From assembly GCA_020184695.1 (NCBI GenBank), contig JAANOX010000064.1, forward strand, positions 154,285-218,284: a DNA stretch of 64,000 bases. The letters are read 5' to 3'. A program made the translations under genes and the position numbers. How positions within the stretch are numbered: the first letter of the stretch is position 1; every line of letters begins with the position of its first letter. The notes under the pieces are model-generated. The model was not told the DNA's origin, searched no databases, and saw nothing but the letters and a program-made list of their open reading frames with translations. Positions 41,779 to 51,653 of this stretch are shown in pieces. The stretch is from Histomonas meleagridis 2922-C6/04-290x. Taxonomy: Eukaryota > Protista > Parabasalia.

Positions 41779-44039
41779 AAATTGCTATAATATATATTAA
41801 GTATATAAAATAAACATCAAACAATAACAAAAAAATTTAAATAAAACAAATAAACATAAAATCATAAAATTTAACTTCAAATGAAAAAAATAAAAATAAA
41901 ATCATTAAAATATATATGAAATTATGGAATTAAATGTTATGTAATCAAAATATATTTCGAATATTCTAAATAAATATGAAATTATTAAAATAAATATGAA
42001 ATTATTAAAATAAATATGAAATTATTAAAATAAATTCTAGATAAATAAAAGATACTTTAAAAATTTAAAATAAACTATAAAACATTTTAATAAATTTTAG
42101 ATAAATAAAAGGTACTTTAAATATTTCAAATAAATTCTCAATTATAGAAGCAAATCTTATATTATTATAATGAATACAAAATTCTCAAAACAATTTTTAA
42201 GTAATCAAAAGGAACCTTGAAATATTGGATCAAACTACAAAATTAGATTATAAATTCCAAATTTTTGAATACAATATCTTTTGCATTGATATCAATGTCA
42301 TCTTGTTTTAGAAGCATTTTAACAATATCAATTTGACCATTTGACACTGCACAAATAAGTGGTGTTTGAAATTAATGGAATATATATTAAATATTCGAAA
42401 TATATTAAAAGTTTGTGAAATAGATATCAAATAAGCGAAATCAATTTCAAATAATTTGAATAAATTTCAAATTATTTAAATCAATATCAAATTACAAATA
42501 GAAATATAAATTATTTTGAAAAAATATCAAATTATTAAAACAAATACTAAGTAAATGAAATTAATACCAAATATCTCAAATAAATCTCAAAAAATTGAAA
42601 TAAATATAAAATAATTTAAATAAATACAAAATAATTGAAACAAATATCAAACTACTAAAAAAAATGCTAAATAATTGAAACAAATCTCAAACTACTAAAA
42701 AAAATGCTAAATAATTGAAGTAAATATAAAATAATTTAAATAAATACCAAATAATTGAAATAAATCTCAAATGATTTGAACAAATACTAAGTAAATGAAA
42801 AAAAACGCTCATTAAGGGAAATAAATATTAAAACCTGAGAATAAATTGTAAATGTAGAAAACAAATCCAAAAATATTTGTATAAATTTCAAATTATTCAT
42901 GCAAACATTAAATTATTCATGCAAACATTAAATTATTTATAGAAATTTCAAATAAAATAAAACAACATAAAACTTAACAAAAAAATTTCTCGTTCATTTA
43001 CATCAATTCCTAATTCTTTTTGAATAACTTCTACCATTTCTGGATTCCCTGATTCAATTGATAATCTAAGATATGATCTTTTAATTTGATGTTTTTCTTT
43101 GAAGTATCGGAACAAAAACATATTTCCGTTTTTTACAAATTCAGTAACAATTTTATCACTAATTTCCATTCCTTCTTTCTCAAGTAAGAATGCAAAAATT
43201 TCATAATTATCAAATGATATACAAAACTTTCCAATTTCTTCTAAATTGTTGATTTCTTCTAATTTGTTTTCATAAAGATAATGAAAGATATCATTTCGAT
43301 GAAATTCAATTGCTGTTTCATATGCATCTTTAAATGATGAATGATTCTGTTCGCATAAATGAATAAGTTCAATGTTTCCACCTGCAACTGCATATTTACC
43401 TGTGTTTTTTACATTTGCACCATTCATAAGTAAATATTTAAAACATTTAACTGAAGAAAAAAATGCTGCATAATCAATTAATGAAACATTTTCTTCATTA
43501 ATAAATGAACATCTTTCATAAAGTGAATTTGGAATTGTTTGATTAAAATCGAATTTATTTTGTGATGATATTTCTTGTAGTTTTTCTACTTCATCATTTC
43601 GGATTATTTTTGCGATTTCATTTGGATTAACTCCTTCTTCAATTAATTTCTTATGTAATTCCCAATCATTCTTTGATGGTTCTTCAGTTTTAAAATATAA
43701 AGTATTCAGATTTTTGGCAATGTCTGGTTCGGTTATTTTTTGTTCTATCATCTCATAAAGAAGAAAATGTGATTCTTGTGTTTCCAATTTGAGTAAATAT
43801 TGATTAAAAATATGAATTATTTTTTCATCTTCTTTTATTAGTGCTGATAAATATTGAATGTATACATTTTTATCGATTATTTTTGATGCAAATGTTGAAT
43901 ATAATAACCTTGAAATAAGAAAATTAAATGAATATGGAAAATCATAGTCAAACATATTCATCACTGAGTGAACAGTTGGTTCAATGTTTTCTTCATTGAT
44001 TTCTGTTATAAGTTTCTCCAATTTTTTTACAAGATCCAT
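40749..44039 (-). CDS. DUF3447-like + ankyrin-repeat gene split by non-canonical spacers (locus B; structure inferred)
   Basis: First segment 44039-42987 (IIRNDEVEKLQ..SLIDYAAFFSSVKCFKYLLMN, DUF3447-like), then seven 93-nt ankyrin blocks and a terminal partial block ending LLLEK*TAAA at 40749. Spacers are 618, 497, 63, 60, 80, 60, 77 and 63 nt. Confidence 0.65.
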
Positions 44040-44734
44040 CGAGATTATTTATGAGCCGTCTACACTTTTTGTATGGATTTCAATGTATCATAGAAAATAA
44101 ACGTTGGCAGGGTGCACCTTCCAAGACTTCTGAACTATACATTGACTGATTAAAAAGTGATCACAAAGTGTGCGCCCACCTGCGCTGCTTGATTATCCGA
44201 TTTGTTTAGACAGTTAAAAAACAAAGAAAAAATATTATATTGATTTATCTAAATATGATAAAATTGAATTTGTTATCACTTTCTATTAGAATGTATTTCG
44301 CATTTTTATTCGTTATTTTAATTCCTTCTTTTTCTGAAAACATGAAGATTTCATAATTATTAAATTCTATACATTTTTTCTCAAGGAAAAAAAAGATTCT
44401 GTTATCAAAAATCATATTGAGAAACTAAATATAGTATTAATAACGTAATAATGGGCACATTTTATTTCCATATTTACTAATATCATAATAAGTATGAAAT
44501 AAAGTTGATTAAAATCTTAAATAATTAAAACATCTTCATTTATTTTTATATTTATTATATGTTCAAAATCATTTTTTCTAAATTTAATTGCAATATTCGG
44601 ATTATCAAAAGTGTTTTCGAATTTAATAATATATATTAAATATATTTAAACGGCCATTCGACATTTTGCAATTTAAACGGCTGATTTTTTTTCTATGATT
44701 TATCCGAATAACCGAATTTCATCAACTTTTTTAC

Positions 44735-46387
44735 ATGAGCGAAGAAAACCAACAGCAAGCGCAAAACGAAGGTATTTCCGCTGAGGAACGCAGCCTTTTT
44801 ATGTGTCGAATTCTTGAAGAAGATCCTGATGCTCTTGAATTCAGAGAAAGAACATATCCCTGGACACATTCTCATTCCTTAGGCGTTCTTAAAAATGCGA
44901 ACTTCAGCACATGTAGATCTCATCTTAATAGGCACAAAGTCTTAGAATTAGTTTATCAACATCTTCATTCAATTGGAATGCATCATGTTGCATTCACGTT
45001 AAGCGAAGAGACTAAACTAGAATTCCAACGTAAAGACCAAAAAATGGAAAGAACTGATCTTAGACTCTTAGTTTCAATGTCTCTTGGTCCAAGAGATGAT
45101 CTATGGGATAATACCGGTATTGAATCAACAATCCTTGCAAAAGAACCATTCGACCACGACAGCATTTCTGTTCGTTATGTTGAACCGGTTTCAGAAATAG
45201 TTAACACTTATCTCGATCCTGAATCAAATGTTGGTTACTTAGAAGGATCTGAACATCAATTCGAAGGGATAACGTACTCTCCTCTACGAAATCTTATTGT
45301 TGCAATTGTTCGTGGCGAGCCAATTTCTGTTAGTGAATCTGATCGATCAGAATTCATATTAACAGTCAATAGTTTTTGTCAAAATGAACATCTTTTCCAT
45401 CATTTACGCGCACTCTACGAGAGTGATGAAGTTGATTCCAATCGCAAAGATAACATAATGAATTTTATAAATGACTGGGTTCGTTTCTGGGGCCTTTTCA
45501 TTGGTAGTAATACACTTAAACAAATCACTCACTTTCTTCAAAAGGTCAAAACACCAATTTCCGAAAAATTATTATCTGACATTCCATCACTTTCCTTTGG
45601 CCATCCATATCCTAATGATTCTCCTCCACCAGAGCCATTTATTGAAGATCCTACCAAAATTCTAAATCCCAATTTTATTCTTACAGATGCCGATCCTTGT
45701 GAAGTTGCGCGTCAAATCTCTCTTTATACCCACCATATTTACTCTGCCATCCATCTTCGAGAGTTCTATAGCGCCATCACCACGCGAACACTTTCACTTG
45801 ACACCAAAACGATAAACGAACTTTTTGAATTCGGGAGACGTTTAAAGCTCATCATCGCCAGCACCATTCTTAACGACAAGTATTCCAGTAATTGCATCAA
45901 GCAATTTGAGATCATGGTGAATGTAGCGAAGATGCTTTTAGAGATGAACAATTTCGAAGCGTTATCATGGTTTATCTCTGCATTTGAAATGAATTGCATT
46001 GAAAACCTTAAACGCTCAGTGGATAAATTACCAGAAGGATTAAGCGAGACACTTAAAAACCTTGAAGAGAATTATAGTTGGAAACTTCGGAGTAAAACAT
46101 ATGAAGAAAAATTGAAGAAATGTTTCGATGAAAAGTTGCCGACAATACCAAACATGCGCTATGAGTTATCAATAGTTACACAATCCGCTTATAAAGGAGA
46201 TGACTTCGTCAACAATCGAATTAATTGGGCGAAAAGAAAAGAGGCATCGAAATACTTGTCGAAGTACATAAGGTTCCAAAACATAAAGTACAACTTCCAT
46301 AGAATAGCACAAATACAAAATCTGCTGACGAGAAAATGTAAGAGCTCAAAGAAGGAAATCGAAGAAATGAGCTTACACTTGGAGTGA
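44735..46387 (+). CDS. RasGEF-domain protein with N-terminal LisH-like segment
   Basis: VLELVYQHLHSIGM..VAFTLSEET (LisH-like), REM-like middle region, CDC25 domain DPCEVARQISLY..AIHLREF, NNFEAL, PTIPN, INWAKR. Confidence 0.85.
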   Translation: MSEENQQQAQNEGISAEERSLFMCRILEEDPDALEFRERTYPWTHSHSLGVLKNANFSTCRSHLNRHKVLELVYQHLHSIGMHHVAFTLSEETKLEFQRKDQKMERTDLRLLVSMSLGPRDDLWDNTGIESTILAKEPFDHDSISVRYVEPVSEIVNTYLDPESNVGYLEGSEHQFEGITYSPLRNLIVAIVRGEPISVSESDRSEFILTVNSFCQNEHLFHHLRALYESDEVDSNRKDNIMNFINDWVRFWGLFIGSNTLKQITHFLQKVKTPISEKLLSDIPSLSFGHPYPNDSPPPEPFIEDPTKILNPNFILTDADPCEVARQISLYTHHIYSAIHLREFYSAITTRTLSLDTKTINELFEFGRRLKLIIASTILNDKYSSNCIKQFEIMVNVAKMLLEMNNFEALSWFISAFEMNCIENLKRSVDKLPEGLSETLKNLEENYSWKLRSKTYEEKLKKCFDEKLPTIPNMRYELSIVTQSAYKGDDFVNNRINWAKRKEASKYLSKYIRFQNIKYNFHRIAQIQNLLTRKCKSSKKEIEEMSLHLE

Positions 46388-46530
46388 TCAAAATGCTTTA
46401 TTTTTGAGTAAATCACAGTGGGAATCTTTGTAAATGATACAAAGTTGTTGAGATTAATTTTATGAATGCACTTGATCAAGTGTAATGTGTTGGAGAATGA
46501 AATAATAATAATAAAGTTAAAGAATTGATT

Positions 46531-46802
46531 TGTTTTTGCAGAGAAGATTGCGATCATGAAACAATTTATTTGCTGAAAACATTTGTTCAAGCGAAATAAG
46601 ATGTTTTAATTTGTATTTGTTTTTGCAGAGAAGATTGCGATCATGAAACAATTTATTTGCTGAAAACATTTGTTCAAGCGAAATAAGATGATTTAACTTG
46701 TATTTGTTTTTGCAGAGAAGATTGCGATCATGAAACAATTTATTTGCTGAAAACATTTGTTCAAGCGAAATAAGATGATTTAACTTGTACTTGTTTTTGC
46801 AG
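46531..46802. repeat. 87-bp tandem repeat, about 3.1 copies
   Basis: gagaagattgcgatcatgaaacaattt recurs at 46541, 46628 and 46715. Confidence 0.95.
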
Positions 46803-46973
46803 CAACATTCGTGTTAGGGGAAATTGTTATCATGTGCCGAAAATTGTTTTTGAGAAATATTTGCTGGGGTTAAAATTATTAAAACATTTGATGTTTTTGA
46901 CCAAAAATATGAATATACAAAAAATAGTTTATATGCAAAAAGAAATATTTTATTTGCTAACACTATATGATAT

Positions 46974-47387
46974 TTAGTTTTGCTTTCCCATCTGTAGCAT
47001 AATCATTGATAATTTATTGTTTTCATCATGTGCTTCTCGAATTTTTTGTTCAAGTTCACGCTGTGCATTTATTGCATTTGTGTAATCAAATAATACTTTT
47101 TCAGACGTATAGTCATATGATATATTTACAAGATTTGAAGCATTTGGGTTAAATTCAGATTTGTTTGAAGATATAGTTTGCAAATCGCATTGCTTTTGTA
47201 AGAAGAGTTCCGTTTGTGCCATTTTTTCAGCTTGCTTTTGAAATGCTGGGTTTCCAATTGTCAGATAATATTGTTGTAATTCAGGAGTATTAATAACATT
47301 AGAGCTGTCACTCATTTCAATTGCATGTGACTTTTCATATCTTGCTAATAAATAATTTGCGAATTGTGGATTTCGATTGTTCTTCAT
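46974..47387 (-). CDS. Hypothetical protein (137 aa, C-terminal coiled coil)
   Basis: ATG-initiated ORF with AAAGTGAC 3 nt upstream of the ATG; divergent from the BRCT gene. Confidence 0.7.
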   Translation of the reverse strand: MKNNRNPQFANYLLARYEKSHAIEMSDSSNVINTPELQQYYLTIGNPAFQKQAEKMAQTELFLQKQCDLQTISSNKSEFNPNASNLVNISYDYTSEKVLFDYTNAINAQRELEQKIREAHDENNKLSMIMLQMGKQN

Positions 47388-47471
47388 ATTGTCACTTTTA
47401 CATAAAATTCAGTTTTTATCGTTCTAAACGAGGAAGTTCATTTCTGAGATAAACCATTCAATCGAAAATTA

Positions 47472-47499
47472 GCGCCAAAAAATCAGATTTTCCGCCAAA
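47472..47499. promoter_or_regulatory. Two E2F-like sites (TTTGGCGC / TTTGGCGG) before the BRCT gene
   Basis: gcgccaaa at 47472-47479 and ccgccaaa at 47492-47499; ccgccaaa also at 20133-20140 in the H3 promoter. Confidence 0.45.
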
Positions 47500-47502
47500 A
47501 AA

Positions 47503-49125
47503 ATGTTTCATCCTCAGCTAAAGATATGTAGTGATGAATCAGACATTAAAGATAAATTTATTCCATCAAAATATTGGATATCGGATTCAGTTAAATTTGA
47601 TGAAAGAAGAATTAATTTTTATATTCAAACAATTCAACCAAACATTAAAAGAACAACCATTTACGGTGAGCCTAGAACTCTTCATATTGGAAGTGTAAAT
47701 GAAGTTGTTGATGCTTTCGGAAGTAAAATTTTTTATGTTACACCAGATGTCTTAAAAAATGCAGTTGACTTAAAGTTAAGACATTTCCAGGTATCATCAA
47801 AATGTCCTCAATGTGTTTCTCTTTCATTAATTTCAGATTCAATTTCTGCATCAGGTTATTCATCAAAAGAGTTATCTTCAATATATTGTATTGTCACTCT
47901 TCTTGGTGGGAAATTCTTTAACGTTAAAGAAGCATATCAAACAAATATCTTTATCACCAATAATCCAATTCTTCCACCTCTTATATCAGCGTTTGCTGAT
48001 CAAATCCCAATAGTTAACAAGAAATGGCTTGAAACATGCTTCGAGAAACTTGAGAAAGTTCCTTTTGATAACTTCTATTTACCACGTTTCTCTTCTCTCG
48101 AATTTGTTTCTAGTGATCTTCCCTCAAATCAAACAAAGCTTCTCAAAAGACTTGTACAAGAAAAGTGCGGGAAATGGTCGAATACGCTGAATGATTCGAC
48201 AACGGCATTAGTTGCAACTCGGTTATCAATGACACCTAAGATAAAGTTAGCTCTTTCACTTGGGATTCCAATTATTAAACCACAATGGATCATTGAACAA
48301 TCAAAATGTTGGACGCCAATTGAATCTTATGTTCTTAACTTTTGGTGTGTGAAAGAAATGAAATCTAGTTTGTTTTCTGGCATCTCATTTGGTTTAAATA
48401 TTAGTTGCGAAGAAATTGATAGTTTAATTGAAGCTGTTCAAGCAAATTCAGGAGAATTCACAAATGACCCAAAGATGTTTGTTGTTCCACATTTTTATGA
48501 AATACCAAATACTGATCAAGTGAAATATGTAACAACAACTTGGGTTTGGAGTTGTATATCAGAACAAAAATTGATTCCAGACACTCAGTCTATTGTTTAC
48601 CATCCATTCCAGTTTTCATTTTCAAATCCAGATTTAAATGGTATTGTTGTAGCAATGTATAATATTGACGAACAGAAAAGATATGAACTATCAGAAGGAT
48701 TAAGACTACTTGGTATATCTGTTCATTTTACAGTATCAAAATCTTCAAATTTTATCGTGGCAGAAAAATTGGATGATGAATTAGAAGCACTTGGATCAAA
48801 ATATAACATTCCAATTGTCTCTGTTTCTTGGGTCTATAAATTACTTGAAAATAATTGTTTACCACAAACAGATATGTTTCTATTAACTAATAAGTATGAC
48901 AATCTGATCGATGCTTTGGCGAAGAAGATTCACGATAATGCATTTTCTCTTAAGTCACAACTAACTGATGCAGGTGACTATTTTGATAATTTGGAATATT
49001 ATAGAGAAAAAAATTCTTCGCCAATTGCTGTTGCTTACGATGTTTCAGTTAAAGATCCTGTTGACTTTTCTTTCAACTTTGATGAGGATCCTCTTCTAAA
49101 CGCAATCGTAAAACTTGAAAAGTGA
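47503..49125 (+). CDS. Multi-BRCT protein (TopBP1/Dpb11-like)
   Basis: Several BRCT repeats (LLGGKF..IPIVNKKWLETC; KCGKWS..GIPIIKPQWI; VTTTWVWSC; IPIVSVSWV). Confidence 0.8.
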   Translation: MFHPQLKICSDESDIKDKFIPSKYWISDSVKFDERRINFYIQTIQPNIKRTTIYGEPRTLHIGSVNEVVDAFGSKIFYVTPDVLKNAVDLKLRHFQVSSKCPQCVSLSLISDSISASGYSSKELSSIYCIVTLLGGKFFNVKEAYQTNIFITNNPILPPLISAFADQIPIVNKKWLETCFEKLEKVPFDNFYLPRFSSLEFVSSDLPSNQTKLLKRLVQEKCGKWSNTLNDSTTALVATRLSMTPKIKLALSLGIPIIKPQWIIEQSKCWTPIESYVLNFWCVKEMKSSLFSGISFGLNISCEEIDSLIEAVQANSGEFTNDPKMFVVPHFYEIPNTDQVKYVTTTWVWSCISEQKLIPDTQSIVYHPFQFSFSNPDLNGIVVAMYNIDEQKRYELSEGLRLLGISVHFTVSKSSNFIVAEKLDDELEALGSKYNIPIVSVSWVYKLLENNCLPQTDMFLLTNKYDNLIDALAKKIHDNAFSLKSQLTDAGDYFDNLEYYREKNSSPIAVAYDVSVKDPVDFSFNFDEDPLLNAIVKLEK

Positions 49126-49654
49126 CAAGGCATTCAAAAAGTTGATTCATGTCACTTTTCTTCTTCTCAAGGACGGAAGCATGCATAAGCATTTCATGTG
49201 AATATTTTGGTGATTTTGATATCATTTTGGATTTAAATTGTATTTAAAATAAAGATAAATTGTTTTCTTTTGTTATTTTTTTTTTTTCTCTCTCTATTGA
49301 AATAGAATTTTATGACTTAATATCATTTAAATTTGGAAAACTTTGTTGTCTTCGCAAAAGAGATCATACAAATGTTACATTTCTTTAAGTTTACGTGGAA
49401 TCATTCAAAAATGTAATACATAATTATTATTTTAGTCAATGTAACAAAAAACCAACCAGTCAGTCATATACATTATCAAAACATGAAAAATGTTCTAGAA
49501 ACTGTAATTTAGTTCTAATTACAGCAAAATCGATTTTCTGCAGCTCGAGCGTTTGTTCAACTCATTTTCACTTCACCTTCCGAATTTAAGTAGTTTACAT
49601 ATTATTGACAGCGGCTTTTCGGATCGAAAATTGAAAGAGCTTTGGCCTCAACAA

Positions 49655-51073
49655 ATGTTACCGTTTCTCCGCGAGTTGGAGCTCAAGTTCATCTCGTACC
49701 TTAACTATATTGTTAACTTCGTCACAGGTATTATACGTGACCAAATCGACAAGTTGACTGGTAAAGGCCGTAAGCCACCAGAACCAGGATATGTTCCAGT
49801 ATTAGGTGATTTCCAAGATTTCTTTGTGCGCCGTTTCTACCACCGTATTACCGATTGTTTTGCCCGTGTTGTTACGTCTAATGCAGGTGCTTTTATGGAC
49901 ATTAAAATGCCAAAAATCTTAGATATACCAGATCAAACTCTAGTTTTTACAGGCGAAACTAAGCGTGTTATGAACCTAGGCTCATATAATTATCTTGGTT
50001 TTGGTGATCCTGATGAATATTGTACACCAATTGTCAAAGAACAACTTCGTCGTTATGGCCCATCAACTTGCAGCACTCTTGTCGATTTTGGTATGACCAC
50101 AGTTCATCGTGATCTTGAAAAGACCACAGCAGAATTTCTTGGAACCGAAGATGCCATTTGTTATGGTATGGGTTGGGCCACCAATGCCACCACCATTGCA
50201 GTTCTTGTTGGAAAAGGCGATCTTGTTATCTCCGATGCACTTAATCATAATTCCATCATCACAGGAGTTCGTTCCTCTGGTGCCACAGTTCGTATATTCC
50301 GTCATAATGAGATGGATCATCTTGAAAAGACTCTTCGTCGTGCCATAATTCAAGGACAACCACGAACACATCGCCCATGGAATCGTATTCTTGTCATTGT
50401 TGAAGGTATTTATTCGATGGAAGGAGAAACTGTCCCACTTGACAAGCTTGTTGAACTCCGTCGTAAGTATCATTTTGCGATTTGGTTAGATGAAGCTCAT
50501 AGCATTGGTTGTATGGGCGACACAGGGCGCGGTGTTTGTGAGCACTATCATGTTGACCCCAAGGAGATCGATATCCTTATGGGCACCTTCACCAAGAGCT
50601 TTGGCGCAGCTGGCGGTTACATTGCTGGCTCAAAGAAGTTAATTGACTATCTTCGTTTGCATTCGTTTGGGAACGTTTATGCCGATGCGATGCCCGCTCC
50701 AGTTGCACAGCAAGCATGTTCTGTGTTGAAAGTCCTCATGCATAACCCAGAAGGAAAAAGGCGTATCAAGGCATTACATGAGAACGCGATTTGGTTTAGA
50801 GAAGAGCTGAAGAAAAGAGATTATAATGTATTAGGTGAAACAGGCTCGCCAGTTGTGCCGGTGATGATGCCACCATTCGCTATATTCACAAGTGTGTCAC
50901 GAGAATGCTTAGAAAGGGGTTTGGGCCTCGTCGTGGTCTGCTTCCCGGCGTGCGACATCCTTCAGGGAAGAATAAGGATTTGCTTGAACGCAATTCACAC
51001 AAGAGAAGAGCTACAAAAGGCTATAGATATAATGGAGGAGGTATGCAAGGATTACCCCGTGAAGATACACTAA
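49655..51073 (+). CDS. LCB2: Serine palmitoyltransferase subunit 2 (LCB2); start codon uncertain
   Basis: NLGSYNYLGF, SDALNHNSI, VEGIYSMEG, DEAHSIG, PLP-binding GTFTKSFG. First ATG at 49655, although the frame is open from 49508. Confidence 0.92.
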   Translation: MLPFLRELELKFISYLNYIVNFVTGIIRDQIDKLTGKGRKPPEPGYVPVLGDFQDFFVRRFYHRITDCFARVVTSNAGAFMDIKMPKILDIPDQTLVFTGETKRVMNLGSYNYLGFGDPDEYCTPIVKEQLRRYGPSTCSTLVDFGMTTVHRDLEKTTAEFLGTEDAICYGMGWATNATTIAVLVGKGDLVISDALNHNSIITGVRSSGATVRIFRHNEMDHLEKTLRRAIIQGQPRTHRPWNRILVIVEGIYSMEGETVPLDKLVELRRKYHFAIWLDEAHSIGCMGDTGRGVCEHYHVDPKEIDILMGTFTKSFGAAGGYIAGSKKLIDYLRLHSFGNVYADAMPAPVAQQACSVLKVLMHNPEGKRRIKALHENAIWFREELKKRDYNVLGETGSPVVPVMMPPFAIFTSVSRECLERGLGLVVVCFPACDILQGRIRICLNAIHTREELQKAIDIMEEVCKDYPVKIH

Positions 51074-51183
51074 AGCGCAAATCTTTCCATATTATTATGT
51101 TTTACGTTTAGTTGTGTGATGAGGTAAAATGGTAATAAAATGAAAAAAACCAATAAAATTTTATGTGATGAAATTTCGGTAAA

Positions 51184-51476
51184 AATGTTGAAGATATAAA
51201 TGGAATACAAAATGTATAATGAATTCGGTGTTTAATGTTGAAGATATAAATGGAATACAAAATGTATAATGAATTTGGTGTTTAATATTGAAGATATGAA
51301 TGGAATACAAAATGTATAATGAATTTGGTGTTTAATATTGAAGATATAAATGGAATACAAAATGTATAATGAATTTGGTGTATAATGTTGAAGATATAAA
51401 TGGAATACAAAATGTATAATGAATTTGGTGTATAATGTTGAAGATATAAATGGAATACAAAATGTATAATGAATTT
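51184..51476. repeat. 50-bp minisatellite, about 6 copies
   Basis: aagatataaatggaatacaaaatgtataatgaatttggtgt recurs at 51191, 51241, 51291, 51341, 51391 and 51441. Confidence 0.97.
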
Positions 51477-51653
51477 TGTTTAAGAAACAACTCGTCACCA
51501 ATTAATATGTAAAAAACAGAATCTTTGATTAAGCATTGGTTTATCTTATTTGAGCTATTCAGTTTCATAGCTTCTTCACACTGAATGATTTTCATCACTA
51601 ATCGAATTTAAAACAGAAAAATATTTAACTCTAATTTTATTTTCTATTTAAAT

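Noticed and set aside
46540-46552. CAGAGAAGATT match to the U6 snRNA core within the 87-bp repeat
   Set aside because: Only 11 nt match; flanking U6 elements are absent and the word sits in a tandem repeat.
49483-49524. Possible 21-nt GT-AG mini-intron extending the LCB2 N-terminus
   Set aside because: Removal leaves the upstream ATG out of frame with LCB2.
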